64,000 nt of DNA, from positions 2,124 to 66,123 of the IMG/VR virus record IMGVR_UViG_3300010218_000003; one strand, 5' to 3'. Source of the stretch: a virus (taxonomy: Duplodnaviria; Heunggongvirae; Uroviricota; Caudoviricetes). Below, piece after piece: positions 9,441-18,670 of the stretch. Numbering within the stretch: the stretch's first letter is position 1; every line of letters begins with the position of its first letter. The position numbers and the translations under genes are program-made. The notes beneath the pieces were generated by a model. It saw only the letters and a program-made list of their open reading frames with translations, made no database searches and was not told the origin of the DNA.

Positions 9441-9718
9441 GTTTCCGGAGTCTTGTGAGCATTGCGATACTTATCTACTCTAGCAGCGTTCCAATAAACG
9501 CCGCCCCAAACTCCGAAGCCTGAGTTCTCCTTGGCTGCCATTGCGCATTGCTTCATGACTGGACAGCGAAGGCACATTTCATCTACGTATCGGGCAGAGA
9601 TTTTATCCTCTTCGTAAGTCTCGAAGAAGAAGGAAGTGGGAAGACCACGACATAGAGCCAAGTCTTCCCACTGTACTTCATCCGGACTTATGCCCCTCTG
9701 TTCAAGAATTCCGGACAT
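9407..9718 (-). CDS. whiB: WhiB-like transcription factor (start uncertain, 9718-9805)
   Basis: 4 Cys (C...CLRC...C) and G(F)GVWGG motif typical of WhiB family. Confidence 0.6.
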   Translation of the reverse strand: MSGILEQRGISPDEVQWEDLALCRGLPTSFFFETYEEDKISARYVDEMCLRCPVMKQCAMAAKENSGFGVWGGVYWNAARVDKYRNAHKTPETWERIKERLSE

Positions 9719-9941
9719 TGCGAGAAGGTACCCTCCACTTCCCATCATTGTCCACCGCGATGCGAGTCTCAAAACCCCAGTTGCCATTACGGTAAGCGCC
9801 TTCACGCTTGTTCCAACCGAGATTCTTACGACTCTTGCGGAAGAATACTAGTGTCCAGCCTTCCCATCGAACGTCGTTGCTTAGCTTGCGCTGCTCGGTG
9901 ACGAACGTATCGGCTGAATTGTAATCCAGAACAACAGACAT
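9702..9941 (-). CDS. hypothetical protein
   Basis: ORF track 79 aa. Confidence 0.4.
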   Translation of the reverse strand: MSVVLDYNSADTFVTEQRKLSNDVRWEGWTLVFFRKSRKNLGWNKREGAYRNGNWGFETRIAVDNDGKWRVPSRNVRNS

Positions 9942-10032
9942 GTTTTTCCTTAGATAGTGCTTATTTGTTTGTAAGATACAAAAGAACAGGAAGGAAATAT
10001 TCCCTCCTGTTCAATTGTACTACAAAGTCTGA

Positions 10033-10383
10033 TTACTTGCTTGATCTACGAGTAGAGGTAGAATCTGACTTCTGCTCTGCCTTCTTATCAGTTGCCTGAT
10101 CAGTGGTAACAACTCCACCACCGGTTAGTTCGTCGTCCTTTACAGAGCGACGGAATGCAGCGTCTTCAAACTTCCAACCTGCCTCACGAGCACGACGAGC
10201 CGCTAGGGTCTCAACGTCTGGGCGAGATTCGTAGTTCTTTAGAGCCTCTTCGTAGTCAACGTATGCGGAGTCCTTAACTCCAGCTTCCTCAGCACGCTTT
10301 GCATCCTCGTCCGCTAGTGGGTCAAGGTGTGGTGCAACAACGTCCTGTGAAGACTTGTACTGGTAATCCTTGTTATCTGCCAT
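10033..10383 (-). CDS. hypothetical acidic protein
   Basis: ORF track 116 aa. Confidence 0.5.
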   Translation of the reverse strand: MADNKDYQYKSSQDVVAPHLDPLADEDAKRAEEAGVKDSAYVDYEEALKNYESRPDVETLAARRAREAGWKFEDAAFRRSVKDDELTGGGVVTTDQATDKKAEQKSDSTSTRRSSK

Positions 10384-10469
10384 TATTTACTTTCACCTCC
10401 TTGTCTTCAAGTCTGCGCATTCTTGAAGAATTCTCTAAAAGAATAGCACAGACTTGTTTATAAGGCGGA

Positions 10470-11240
10470 TCAAGATGGCAACTCGTTGACCTTACCGGTA
10501 GCAGTCTGAACAGACAGGTTGTCAGTGTCAAGAACACAGTAGTTGTAGAACATGCCATTCATCTCAAGGCCGTAAACGCTAGCGTCTCCGAGCTGATGGG
10601 CGAATGGGTAATTCTCCATCCACGTGTGATAGTGACCATGAAACCAAAGTGTAGGCCGAACAACTCGACCAACCCTGTCCATAAGCTGACGATGAGCCGT
10701 TGAATCCGGATCATCCTTCAACCGGAAACCGAATGGAGCGTAAGTCGGACAGTCATGAGTCAGAAGAATATCAGACTGATTACCTTGAATCTCAAGACTC
10801 TTAACCACTCGCTCCGGAACAGCCTCCTGCTTCCACCAAGTCTTACCGAGTGTACGCCGATTCTTGTCAATTGAAACGGCACCACCAACAGCCTGGAACC
10901 ACCTGTCATCAAATCGCCACCGGTTAACTCGACCAGTATAACGAATGTGACTACGGATGATTGTCAAACCATTGTAAGTCTTAGGGTTGTTCTTCTCCAA
11001 CCAATCGAGCCGGTCCCAATTCTCGTGGTTACCAGCAACGAAATAAACCTTGATTCCGTACTTCCGGCACTCCTCATTCAGAGCGTCAAGGTAGTTGAAG
11101 CCGTCCGCCTCATGCTCCCAGTAACCGAAGTCACCAACCTGCATGATCTTACGAGCGCCCATGGCATCCGCACGTCGGACAGTTTTACGAGCATGCATTG
11201 TATCCCCATGCCAGTCACCAGCGATCATGATCTTAGCCAT
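10470..11240 (-). CDS. calcineurin-like metallophosphoesterase
   Basis: GDWHG, GDFG, GNHE motifs. Confidence 0.8.
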   Translation of the reverse strand: MAKIMIAGDWHGDTMHARKTVRRADAMGARKIMQVGDFGYWEHEADGFNYLDALNEECRKYGIKVYFVAGNHENWDRLDWLEKNNPKTYNGLTIIRSHIRYTGRVNRWRFDDRWFQAVGGAVSIDKNRRTLGKTWWKQEAVPERVVKSLEIQGNQSDILLTHDCPTYAPFGFRLKDDPDSTAHRQLMDRVGRVVRPTLWFHGHYHTWMENYPFAHQLGDASVYGLEMNGMFYNYCVLDTDNLSVQTATGKVNELPS

Positions 11241-11293
11241 GTCGTTCCCTTCGTCGTTGTTAGTACAACATTAACACAGTGCTGATCACTTCG

Positions 11294-11662
11294 TCAACAT
11301 GTGTAGATGACACGCTTGATGCCAGCAAGCTGGATTGCCCTGTCACAGGCTTCACAGGGCTTTGAGAAAACGGCTTGGCCGTCCTTGTTGCGTGCGATAT
11401 AAATAATTGCTCCAGCGGCCTTCTTGCACCGGGCAATGGCCATTGCTTCGGCATGCACAGAGCAGAAACGCTCAATGTGCTCATCACTGACGTTGTTAGG
11501 ATCGTTCTTCAACGTGTTCCAGCCTCGGGACAGAACCCTACCAGACCTAACAATCACAGCTCCATGCTTCTGCTTCATGTTAGAATTGGCAGACAACTCC
11601 ATCGCCAGAGACAGGAATGACCGGTCCTTCTTAGAAAGACCGGTCGATTCTCCGTTAGCCAT
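11294..11662 (-). CDS. dCMP/cytidine deaminase (start moved to MANGES to relieve overlap)
   Basis: HAEAMAI and PCEAC zinc-binding motifs; ATGGCTAA coupling with upstream small ORF. Confidence 0.8.
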   Translation of the reverse strand: MANGESTGLSKKDRSFLSLAMELSANSNMKQKHGAVIVRSGRVLSRGWNTLKNDPNNVSDEHIERFCSVHAEAMAIARCKKAAGAIIYIARNKDGQAVFSKPCEACDRAIQLAGIKRVIYTC

Positions 11663-11822
11663 TGCGCTCCCACTCACCAGCGTAATACCTGTCAAGTGTT
11701 TCAGGGTGTCCATTGCTGTCTACGATGACGAACTTGCCACCCTCAACCTTTGCAACAATTGCCGTACGACCAGTTTCCCGGTGCTTAATCGGCATGTCTC
11801 GCTTTAGCTCACTGTATCTCAT
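11655..11822 (-). CDS. hypothetical small protein (55 aa)
   Basis: manual ORF MRYSELKRDMPIKH...; translationally coupled to deaminase. Confidence 0.4.
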   Translation of the reverse strand: MRYSELKRDMPIKHRETGRTAIVAKVEGGKFVIVDSNGHPETLDRYYAGEWERNG

Positions 11823-11851
11823 CAATTTCCTTTACGAATCTTTGCTCTGCC

Positions 11852-12064
11852 TCATTCAGCGCAATCATCAGTGCCACATTGCTCAGCACTCCGATTGCTA
11901 TCAAGATGGTCAGCAGCAGAACGACCCGTGATCTCATAGATGATTCTTTCTGCATTGCATTGTGGGCAGAGATTCTTGTCATAACCATTATAGGTGCGAA
12001 GGTGGCCGGTTAGCTTATTCCGACCACACTTACACTTACCTAAGTTCCGCTGCCTCGTCCTCAC
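11852..12064 (-). CDS. zinc-finger protein
   Basis: 70 aa; CKC...CPQC. Confidence 0.45.
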   Translation of the reverse strand: MRTRQRNLGKCKCGRNKLTGHLRTYNGYDKNLCPQCNAERIIYEITGRSAADHLDSNRSAEQCGTDDCAE

Positions 12065-12299
12065 TCAATTCCTCAAGGTAGTCAGGATCGTTCTTCAACT
12101 CACCGTACCCGTCAATATCGTACTTGACAAGCAGGTTGAAGTAAGCAGACTCATCTACTGTATCCCAGTCGCCATCTCTGATGGTTCGATACAGCTTCTC
12201 GATGACTTCCTTGCGCTTGTCTTCTGGGACATACTCTAGCATGAGGTCTAGAGGACCGTCAAAGAACTCTGTTCCACCGGCCCATCCCATTACCAGCAC
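12036..12299 (-). CDS. hypothetical protein
   Basis: ORF track 87 aa. Confidence 0.45.
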   Translation of the reverse strand: MLVMGWAGGTEFFDGPLDLMLEYVPEDKRKEVIEKLYRTIRDGDWDTVDESAYFNLLVKYDIDGYGELKNDPDYLEELSEDEAAELR

Positions 12300-12580
12300 A
12301 CCTCAATCAGATACTTGCCAGAAGGAAGAACCTCTCGCTTGACAAGTTCACCAACGATGTTACGTGCGGAAGCGTATCGCATCCCTTCGGCATCTTCGGT
12401 GCCATCTTCACCAAGACCATCAAGATCAGGATGAATCACGTGAGCAGTGTCATTGCTGCATTCCTCCGCAGCAACAAAATCCCATGGGGTGCCGAATTCC
12501 TTTTCGACAAGCTCATTGAGATCGAATGCGTCCATCGTGTAATAGACTTCGCGCTTCGGGTTAAACATTGTCACCACCAA
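12290..12580 (-). CDS. hypothetical acidic protein (paralog of 12571..12954)
   Basis: 96 aa; shared C-terminal GKY.I.V.W motif. Confidence 0.5.
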   Translation of the reverse strand: MVVTMFNPKREVYYTMDAFDLNELVEKEFGTPWDFVAAEECSNDTAHVIHPDLDGLGEDGTEDAEGMRYASARNIVGELVKREVLPSGKYLIEVCW

Positions 12581-12954
12581 ACGATAATGCGGTACTTGCC
12601 CGCAGGAATGTGACCTTCATGACAAAGCCAGTTCAGCATCAGTTCAGCGCCAGGATCAGCATACTCTTCCCGAGGCATTCCCTCAGCCTTGAACTTCTCG
12701 ATCAAAGCCTTGGCCTGATCGTAGGTATGCCCTTCGTCCATCCAAAGAGCGTTTACCTCTTCACCTTCATCATTGAGACCATCGTACACCTCTCCGCCAT
12801 TGACGTCAAAGTCATGGTAGGTGTCCTGAGCAGGGAAGCCCATAGCGGCTCCACCTTCCCACTTCTGGCCGTAAAGATTCCGAATGAACTCTTCCATGTC
12901 GATGTAATGCCACTCAAGACGAGTAACCTCTTCGGGGAGAACGCTATGAATCAC
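12571..12954 (-). CDS. hypothetical acidic protein
   Basis: 127 aa. Confidence 0.5.
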   Translation of the reverse strand: MIHSVLPEEVTRLEWHYIDMEEFIRNLYGQKWEGGAAMGFPAQDTYHDFDVNGGEVYDGLNDEGEEVNALWMDEGHTYDQAKALIEKFKAEGMPREEYADPGAELMLNWLCHEGHIPAGKYRIIVWW

Positions 12955-13157
12955 TTCTTATCCTTTGGTAGATTCGGGTCCTTCATAATCTTGCTTACTT
13001 CTAGAAGTTCCTTCTCGCCGCGCTTTGTTCTTCCCTTGGCATGCAGGAGTAGCGCTAGCAATAGGGCTTCACCAGTGTGGACATTGCCACTCTTGTCATA
13101 CATGTAAGCCCGGTCCATCACACGATTGCCAGGCTTAATCCACTTCTTTTGACTCAT
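12951..13157 (-). CDS. hypothetical protein
   Basis: 68 aa. Confidence 0.45.
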   Translation of the reverse strand: MSQKKWIKPGNRVMDRAYMYDKSGNVHTGEALLLALLLHAKGRTKRGEKELLEVSKIMKDPNLPKDKK

Positions 13158-13272
13158 ATAGTCCCAACTCCTCAGTAATTTCTACAAGGAGACAGGGAGC
13201 ACAGACGCCATCTTCCATGTAGTCGTCTTCACTGTAGTGCGGTCCACAACGAGTGCATACGGTATAGAACAT
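13136..13272 (-). CDS. small zinc-ribbon protein (45 aa)
   Basis: manual ORF MFYTVCTRCGPH...CAPC; TGATG overlap with upstream gene. Confidence 0.35.
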
Positions 13273-13616
13273 CAGCCCTCCGTGTCTTGCTCTGTCTTGT
13301 AAGAATCATACAGGGCTTGAGCGTCCTGTGTCAACCCCTCCTTGTCCATCAAATGACCAATGCCCTTCGCTAGAGCGTTCAGCTTCTCGTTCGTTGCATC
13401 TTCAAAGCGCTGCTGTGTGTTTTGCAGCAATGCAACAAGCAGGAAGGTGATGATAGTTGTCAGGGTATTGATTATTAGCTGCCAGGTGTCAATGTTTCCT
13501 ACTATGAAGAAACTTGGTACCCACAGCAAAACGATAAGAACGCAGGCAGCAAAGAAGGCCGCATGAGAAACCACACGGCCTATCTTGTCTGCGAACTTAT
13601 TGAACCATGCATTCAT
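13272..13616 (-). CDS. membrane protein (start trimmed to MNAWFNK to avoid tRNA)
   Basis: hydrophobic segments; listed ORF 13272..13718 would overlap tRNA-Ser. Confidence 0.5.
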   Translation of the reverse strand: MNAWFNKFADKIGRVVSHAAFFAACVLIVLLWVPSFFIVGNIDTWQLIINTLTTIITFLLVALLQNTQQRFEDATNEKLNALAKGIGHLMDKEGLTQDAQALYDSYKTEQDTEG

Positions 13617-13633
13617 GATTCCAGTATAACACG

Positions 13634-13724
13634 CGGAAGTGACAGGATTCGAACCTGCGGAGCTACTTAATTCGCTCACATCATTAGCAGTGATGCGCCT
13701 TAAACCGGACTCAGCCACACTTCC
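13634..13724 (-). tRNA. tRNA-Ser (anticodon GCT), long variable arm
   Basis: acceptor GGAAGTG/CACTTCC, loop CTGCTAA, T-arm GCAGG-TTCGAAT-CCTGT. Confidence 0.85.
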
Positions 13725-13730
13725 AATGTC

Positions 13731-13958
13731 TCACTTAAGAGACTGACGCAGGCTTTCTTCCATTGATGTAATGAAGGACTGCGTATCCTTTTCCTTATTC
13801 GTGGGCACGAACACCCCACGACGCTCAACAAACTTGCCATTCTTGGTTACGATGATGCCCCAAGTTTTGCCGTCACGACCCATGAAAAGCGGATCTCCGT
13901 CAGCAGACTCAAGTGACCATTCGTAACCACTCGGTGCCTTACCTATTGTATATGCCAT
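13731..13958 (-). CDS. hypothetical protein (start at MAYTIG)
   Basis: ORF track trimmed to avoid tRNA overlap. Confidence 0.45.
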   Translation of the reverse strand: MAYTIGKAPSGYEWSLESADGDPLFMGRDGKTWGIIVTKNGKFVERRGVFVPTNKEKDTQSFITSMEESLRQSLK

Positions 13959-13959
13959 G

Positions 13960-14033
13960 TAGCCCTGATGGGAGTCGAACCCACATTGACGCGGTGTTTG
14001 AGACCGCCGCATATACCATTCTGCTACAGGGCC
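13960..14033 (-). tRNA. tRNA with anticodon CAA (Leu codon UUG) but short variable arm (class I)
   Basis: acceptor GGCCCTG/CAGGGCT, anticodon stem GCGGT/ACCGC, loop CTCAAAC, T-arm GTGGG-TTCGACT-CCCAT, A73. Confidence 0.65.
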
Positions 14034-14054
14034 AGGGCCTTTCGGCCTTACTTC

Positions 14055-14273
14055 TTAGTCATCAATATACTTGAGATCGCTTACGTTGTCAACACAGGCG
14101 TCCTCACCCCAGATCTTGCCAGAAGCAATACACTTCTGAGCAGTCTGACTCTTGAGATAATCACTGTAGTTGACGCTGAATCCGACTGCCGCAAACAATG
14201 CAATGAACACTGATGCGACAATGAGAGCGACCTTTACGTCATTCTTATCCATCACCACTCTCCAGTGGTGCAC
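14055..14273 (-). CDS. membrane protein
   Basis: 72 aa; TM helix. Confidence 0.45.
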   Translation of the reverse strand: MHHWRVVMDKNDVKVALIVASVFIALFAAVGFSVNYSDYLKSQTAQKCIASGKIWGEDACVDNVSDLKYIDD

Positions 14274-14446
14274 ATCTTGTTGATGCGCTCATTCAGTGCA
14301 TCCATTTGCTCAATGGTTGCATTTGGATTCTGTGAAGAAAACCAAATCATTTCCTTTGCTGACTTCTCGATCCACTCATATGGAGCATCAGGGTGAACAA
14401 GGGCGATGCTTGCCGCAGCAATATCAATGAGACTAGGCATTTGCAA
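14252..14446 (-). CDS. hypothetical protein
   Basis: 64 aa. Confidence 0.4.
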   Translation of the reverse strand: MQMPSLIDIAAASIALVHPDAPYEWIEKSAKEMIWFSSQNPNATIEQMDALNERINKMCTTGEW

Positions 14447-14918
14447 TCCAATCTACTCGCTTTTGGTGAACGGCACAAACAAGGACTCTACCTCGCGCCG
14501 GTCGTCGGTAACGTGTTCCAGCCGTATGACCAGTAGGACAAACAGCCTTCCACTTAGGCGTAGCAGGCTTATAGTTTTCACAGGTATTACCCGTGCAACC
14601 AATCTCAATTGCCTTAGCTCGCCAAACTGCATTGTGACCATGCCCCGGCCCAACCAGAGCGTGTGCAATTTCATGTCTGATTACGTTGTCTACCTGAGAC
14701 TCAGTGAGATTCGGAGTGCAGGTCTTTGACAGCTTAATCATCTTCTGAACGTGGTAAGTGGTTCCGTATGTCTTCACCATACGATTCCACCCAAATTCCC
14801 ACCCTCGTGCGAGCAGGCCATAATCCCACATTAGATCGCGCGCAAGGCGCTCGGCTCGAATGAGATTCACTTGAAACCCTTCGGTCGATGGAGTACCCAC
14901 TAAGAGAATTGAACTCAT
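14433..14918 (-). CDS. SprT-like zinc metalloprotease domain protein
   Basis: HEIAH (HExxH) motif; 161 aa. Confidence 0.65.
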   Translation of the reverse strand: MSSILLVGTPSTEGFQVNLIRAERLARDLMWDYGLLARGWEFGWNRMVKTYGTTYHVQKMIKLSKTCTPNLTESQVDNVIRHEIAHALVGPGHGHNAVWRAKAIEIGCTGNTCENYKPATPKWKAVCPTGHTAGTRYRRPARGRVLVCAVHQKRVDWIANA

Positions 14919-14964
14919 GTCTCCTGCGTGTCGAGCAGGCGCTCTACCATTGAGCTAAGCGGGC
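14894..14964 (-). tRNA. degenerate tRNA-like sequence (possible pseudo-tRNA, anticodon region GAC?)
   Basis: D-arm GCTC/GAGC and T-loop TTCAATT but C33 and mismatched T-stem; overlaps SprT start. Confidence 0.25.
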
Positions 14965-14990
14965 TGGAGGAGTGTTGCCACTCCCATTGT

Positions 14991-15212
14991 TTAAACCGTC
15001 AGACGCTTCTTTACGCCGTTGTAGAGAACCTTCCAGTCCTCTTCTGTCTTGACCTGACCTCGTTGCTCTTCAAACAAGGAGATATAGGCTTCGGCAGCCT
15101 TTCGCTGAGCCATATCAGCCTTACGAGCAACAAGCAAAAGCTCGATGACATCAAGAGTCATACTGCCAAGCTTCTTGCCAGTGTCAATGAGCTTCTTAAA
15201 TTCCTGATCCAT
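14991..15212 (-). CDS. hypothetical protein
   Basis: 73 aa. Confidence 0.45.
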   Translation of the reverse strand: MDQEFKKLIDTGKKLGSMTLDVIELLLVARKADMAQRKAAEAYISLFEEQRGQVKTEEDWKVLYNGVKKRLTV

Positions 15213-15334
15213 GTGAACCTTTCAGAGAGTCCATCGTCCGGGTGCCTTTGCCACTCGCATCATTGCCCATACAAAGACACCGAAACCTGCGAGTCCGATT
15301 GAACCGAGAACAATCAGAACTATTACCCACCAGC

Positions 15335-15538
15335 TCATTTAACCTCCCGATTAGGCGGATCGTAGGCCACGATCTTCTTTGTTGGAATCTTTACCCAGTC
15401 ATACTTACCATCAAAATCTAGTGTGACAGATTTTCTGGTAAGCAACACCACTCTACCATACTTGTTTTTGTAGTTTATTGGCCCGATCCAATGATCTTCT
15501 ACAACCATTGCCCAGCCGCCTACTCTTAGATATGCCAC
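15335..15538 (-). CDS. hypothetical protein
   Basis: 67 aa. Confidence 0.45.
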   Translation of the reverse strand: MAYLRVGGWAMVVEDHWIGPINYKNKYGRVVLLTRKSVTLDFDGKYDWVKIPTKKIVAYDPPNREVK

Positions 15539-15539
15539 G

Positions 15540-15621
15540 TACGCCCACCGGGAGTCGAACCCGGACGCTCATTCGAGCCTAGAGTCTCAGTCTAGTGTGT
15601 CTGCCATTCCACCATGGGCGC
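15540..15621 (-). tRNA. tRNA-Leu (anticodon GAG), long variable arm
   Basis: acceptor GCGCCCA/TGGGCGT, loop CTGAGAC, T-arm CCGGG-TTCGACT-CCCGG. Confidence 0.85.
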
Positions 15622-15647
15622 AATGCTCACCGAAGTGAGCCAGGATT

Positions 15648-15782
15648 TTACTCCTGAATTTCTTTCTGTGAAGCATTCACTCGCTTACCGTTGAGCTGTT
15701 CGATAGTGTAGTTAACCTTTCCGAACACCTCACTCTTAGCGATTACCTTGCCAAGCATCTTGGTCTTCTTCACGGTAACCAT
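15648..15782 (-). CDS. small KOW-like protein (44 aa)
   Basis: manual ORF MVTVKKTKMLGKVIAK... Confidence 0.35.
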   Translation of the reverse strand: MVTVKKTKMLGKVIAKSEVFGKVNYTIEQLNGKRVNASQKEIQE

Positions 15783-15792
15783 GTCACCGAGT

Positions 15793-15978
15793 TTAGCCAA
15801 CCTTTTTCACATCCTCTGGGTTACAGTATACATCTCCACCCTCGTTCAAGTCAACAAGCAACTTGCCGTGAGCAGTGACGAATGAAACCTTACCTCTTTT
15901 ACCGTCGAGCTTACCGCGAGTAAACTCGACCCTATCACCCTTTTTATACATCAGTCGAAGGTAAATCCTGTAGAGCAT
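15793..15978 (-). CDS. small KOW-like protein
   Basis: 61 aa; KKGDRVEF..GK.GKV motif. Confidence 0.5.
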   Translation of the reverse strand: MLYRIYLRLMYKKGDRVEFTRGKLDGKRGKVSFVTAHGKLLVDLNEGGDVYCNPEDVKKVG

Positions 15979-16349
15979 TCCTTGATGATGCGGTCTTCCA
16001 GCTCTTGGAGCTGCTTACCAGTCAGATAACTCTTCGGACGCTTGTCCGTGATCTGGCCATTGTAGTAGTAATAGATTTGATTGGCGCGAGTTCCGTGCTT
16101 GGTGTACGGAATCTTGTTGATTCGCGTCTTCTTGACAAACACGTACTCCATATACACGTATCCATCTGGATTGGTGCCGATATAATGTGACTTATACCTG
16201 TCAGCAATCTCCATGCGTACGTAATATGGAGTGTTTAGCTTGCACCGATTGCATGCCCACCGAAGTGCTTCAACTTCAAGCTTGCGACCGGCGCGTGAAG
16301 TGGCGCTAAGCGGATTACCAACGCCACTAAGGAAGTTCATGATTCCCAT
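15951..16349 (-). CDS. hypothetical protein
   Basis: 132 aa. Confidence 0.5.
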   Translation of the reverse strand: MGIMNFLSGVGNPLSATSRAGRKLEVEALRWACNRCKLNTPYYVRMEIADRYKSHYIGTNPDGYVYMEYVFVKKTRINKIPYTKHGTRANQIYYYYNGQITDKRPKSYLTGKQLQELEDRIIKECSTGFTFD

Positions 16350-16353
16350 TTAA

Positions 16354-16728
16354 TCAGTCCTCGTCAAAGAGTTCCTGGCCGTCCTTGACACAAACCCACT
16401 CGTTGTCGTGGCTCTTGTGACTCTTGGAATGGCCCTTCTTGTTCTTCTTAGACTTCTTGTCCTTGTTCTTGCCACCGCCGAAAAGGCTTCCGAGACCAGA
16501 AGACTTCTTACCAGACTTCTTAGACTTTGAAGGCTTTGACTTTCCAGCAACAAAAGCCATCGGAGCCATGCTCAGATCTTCGAAGTCATCCTCTCGCATG
16601 ACCTTGCCGTGAGCCTTGTCACACCGGCTCTGGAAGTCAGAAGGAGCAGTGTCCTTACAACCAACCAGACCGAAGGCAAGACCCCCGACGACAACGGATG
16701 AGACAGCGATGTTAGTCAGCTTGTTCAT
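16354..16728 (-). CDS. lipoprotein with Lys-rich tail
   Basis: signal peptide + lipobox LVGC. Confidence 0.55.
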   Translation of the reverse strand: MNKLTNIAVSSVVVGGLAFGLVGCKDTAPSDFQSRCDKAHGKVMREDDFEDLSMAPMAFVAGKSKPSKSKKSGKKSSGLGSLFGGGKNKDKKSKKNKKGHSKSHKSHDNEWVCVKDGQELFDED

Positions 16729-16769
16729 TTCGACCCTTCGTCGTTGTTGTTGGTACTACTCTATCGTGC

Positions 16770-17003
16770 TCAGTCTGTGCTGTCAAGGTACTCGAACTCG
16801 GGACCATCAAGGTACCGAGGGAACATGTGCTCCCTGACGTACTTCTCAAGATACACGTTCAGCCAAGCTTGCGCAAGAGCTTCGCTCTTAAAGCCAGACT
16901 TAATAGTCTCTTGACCGTTGTACATAACGCCGATGACTCGCCACTCTGTCATGCTTGCGCGCCATGCGACGATGTTTGCAAACTTTTCTGGATTGGGCAA
17001 CAT
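16770..17003 (-). CDS. hypothetical protein
   Basis: 77 aa. Confidence 0.45.
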   Translation of the reverse strand: MLPNPEKFANIVAWRASMTEWRVIGVMYNGQETIKSGFKSEALAQAWLNVYLEKYVREHMFPRYLDGPEFEYLDSTD

Positions 17004-17191
17004 CAGTTCACCGTCACTTGAATGTCAGATCCTACTACGATCCACCAGAGCCATATCCATCCAGCAGACCATGCCAATGCAATTATTCTTTGCACCGGGG
17101 TCATCTCTGCCGGGATAAAATTTATTGCAATTCCCATGAGCGCCAGCCAGCCAAACAACAGCGTGACTGTGATCATTCCTATGATTTCCAT
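17003..17191 (-). CDS. small membrane protein
   Basis: 62 aa, two TM. Confidence 0.45.
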   Translation of the reverse strand: MEIIGMITVTLLFGWLALMGIAINFIPAEMTPVQRIIALAWSAGWIWLWWIVVGSDIQVTVN

Positions 17192-17202
17192 ACTTCTCCA
17201 AA

Positions 17203-17231
17203 CAGAAGAAGGGGGCCGAAGCCCCCTTCTA
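17203..17231 (-). terminator. hairpin terminator after PNKP gene
   Basis: GAAGGGGGC-CGAA-GCCCCCTTC followed by T-rich run on minus strand. Confidence 0.5.
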
Positions 17232-18122
17232 TCAGAAGTTTCCGGGTGCTACCTGGAAACAGTCTATGCCCATCGCACGCCACATGTCAACAACCTGCTG
17301 ACGATCATCGTACACAGCCACAACATCGTAGATGCCACGAATGTGCTCATCGAACAGCTCTTGCTTGACGATGGAATCCTTGCGCATGTCCCCCTCAGAA
17401 CGCATGTGCAATTCTGAGAAAGGAATGTCGTACAGCTCCAGCCAAGCGATTGTTTCATTACGACATGAGCCGTCTCGTCCGCTCATAACGATGATCTTGT
17501 ATCCTGCCTTCGCGTGAGCCTGGGCAGTCAGAACAACCTGTCGTCGCGGATCATCGTCGCCAACACCCTTCCAGTAGAAAGGATCACGCTCATTCATCTC
17601 AGCAAGGGTTCCGTCGATGTCAAAGAGGTAAACCTTCTCTGCACCTTCGGGACGCTCGTAAGGATGAACAGCCGTGACACTCGTGTGGAAATCAGTGAAG
17701 ATTCCACTAGACTTCATGGACTGATGCATCTTACGAATGACAGACTCAGGGACGTCTCGACCACCGAGCGCAGCACGCACAGTGTTTCGCTGAATTGCCG
17801 TCTCTAGAGAAACGTCAAACTGCTTAACTGAAACACTAGCTCCGTGACGCTGGCCGATCTTAACGAATTCCTTGATGTACTTGTGTCGGATGTTCGTGTC
17901 ATCTACGACCACGGAGTAGCCCTTTGACAGAGCGCCATCGACCATTCCGTGCTCAATTCGAGTAACAAGCTCCTCGTCTACTCCGGTCTCCCGGCCAAAG
18001 AGCTGCATACGAATGTCGTCACGATTGACTCGAACACCATTCGGGTTTTCCTTGAGCCAAACATCATGCGCCCAAGTGCTCTTACCACAACCGGGAATTC
18101 CCCGGAGAATCAGAAGCTGCAT
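17232..18122 (-). CDS. pnkp: polynucleotide 5'-kinase/3'-phosphatase (T4 Pnk-like)
   Basis: N-terminal P-loop GIPGCGKST; C-terminal HAD phosphatase DIDGTLAE. Confidence 0.85.
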   Translation of the reverse strand: MQLLILRGIPGCGKSTWAHDVWLKENPNGVRVNRDDIRMQLFGRETGVDEELVTRIEHGMVDGALSKGYSVVVDDTNIRHKYIKEFVKIGQRHGASVSVKQFDVSLETAIQRNTVRAALGGRDVPESVIRKMHQSMKSSGIFTDFHTSVTAVHPYERPEGAEKVYLFDIDGTLAEMNERDPFYWKGVGDDDPRRQVVLTAQAHAKAGYKIIVMSGRDGSCRNETIAWLELYDIPFSELHMRSEGDMRKDSIVKQELFDEHIRGIYDVVAVYDDRQQVVDMWRAMGIDCFQVAPGNF

Positions 18123-18307
18123 TACTTGCCTTTCTGTTCCTTCTTGTAAGCTCGTCGGTTCTTCCAGTCTTCGATAAGACCCATCTTAGGCGGTCCGTCG
18201 ATGTCTGTCAACCCCTCGACCAAGCCCCATAGTAGAGCGAAGCAGCCGATCAAGAAACCTAGCACCAGACCGGCCACTACACCTATTCCAATTCCTATCC
18301 AGATCAT
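18122..18307 (-). CDS. small membrane protein
   Basis: 61 aa. Confidence 0.45.
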   Translation of the reverse strand: MIWIGIGIGVVAGLVLGFLIGCFALLWGLVEGLTDIDGPPKMGLIEDWKNRRAYKKEQKGK

Positions 18308-18388
18308 TACTTACCTTGGTTGTTTGGATGCCATGGACATGTAGGCTGATGATTGGGGAACGGAGTTCCACAATCCATGCAGAGGAAA

Positions 18389-18670
18389 TCACTCACCTAG
18401 CATCGCCTCAAATCTGTCTTGGCAAGACTGGCATAGACCTGAAATCTTATACTCTCGCTTTGACAGCTCGTCTCGGAAATCATTCTCTGAAACTGACTGT
18501 CCGCATCCTATTGGAAGTCCAGCAAGACTTACACACTTACCCTTGGCAACTGCTGCTTGCGCCTTCTTTCGCGCCTCGTTCATCCGATCCAGAATCCTAG
18601 AACAAAGAACACTACGGCATAAATAACTGGATGCTTTGCAACAAACTCTGTCACTCTGCTCCTTCACCAA
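18389..18670 (-). CDS. hypothetical Cys-rich protein
   Basis: 93 aa. Confidence 0.4.
   Translation of the reverse strand: MVKEQSDRVCCKASSYLCRSVLCSRILDRMNEARKKAQAAVAKGKCVSLAGLPIGCGQSVSENDFRDELSKREYKISGLCQSCQDRFEAMLGE

Noticed and set aside
14894-14964. tRNA-Val(GAC)-like fold
   Set aside because: C at position 33, a mismatched T-stem and overlap with the conserved N-terminus of the SprT-like gene. Retained only as a low-confidence pseudo-tRNA.
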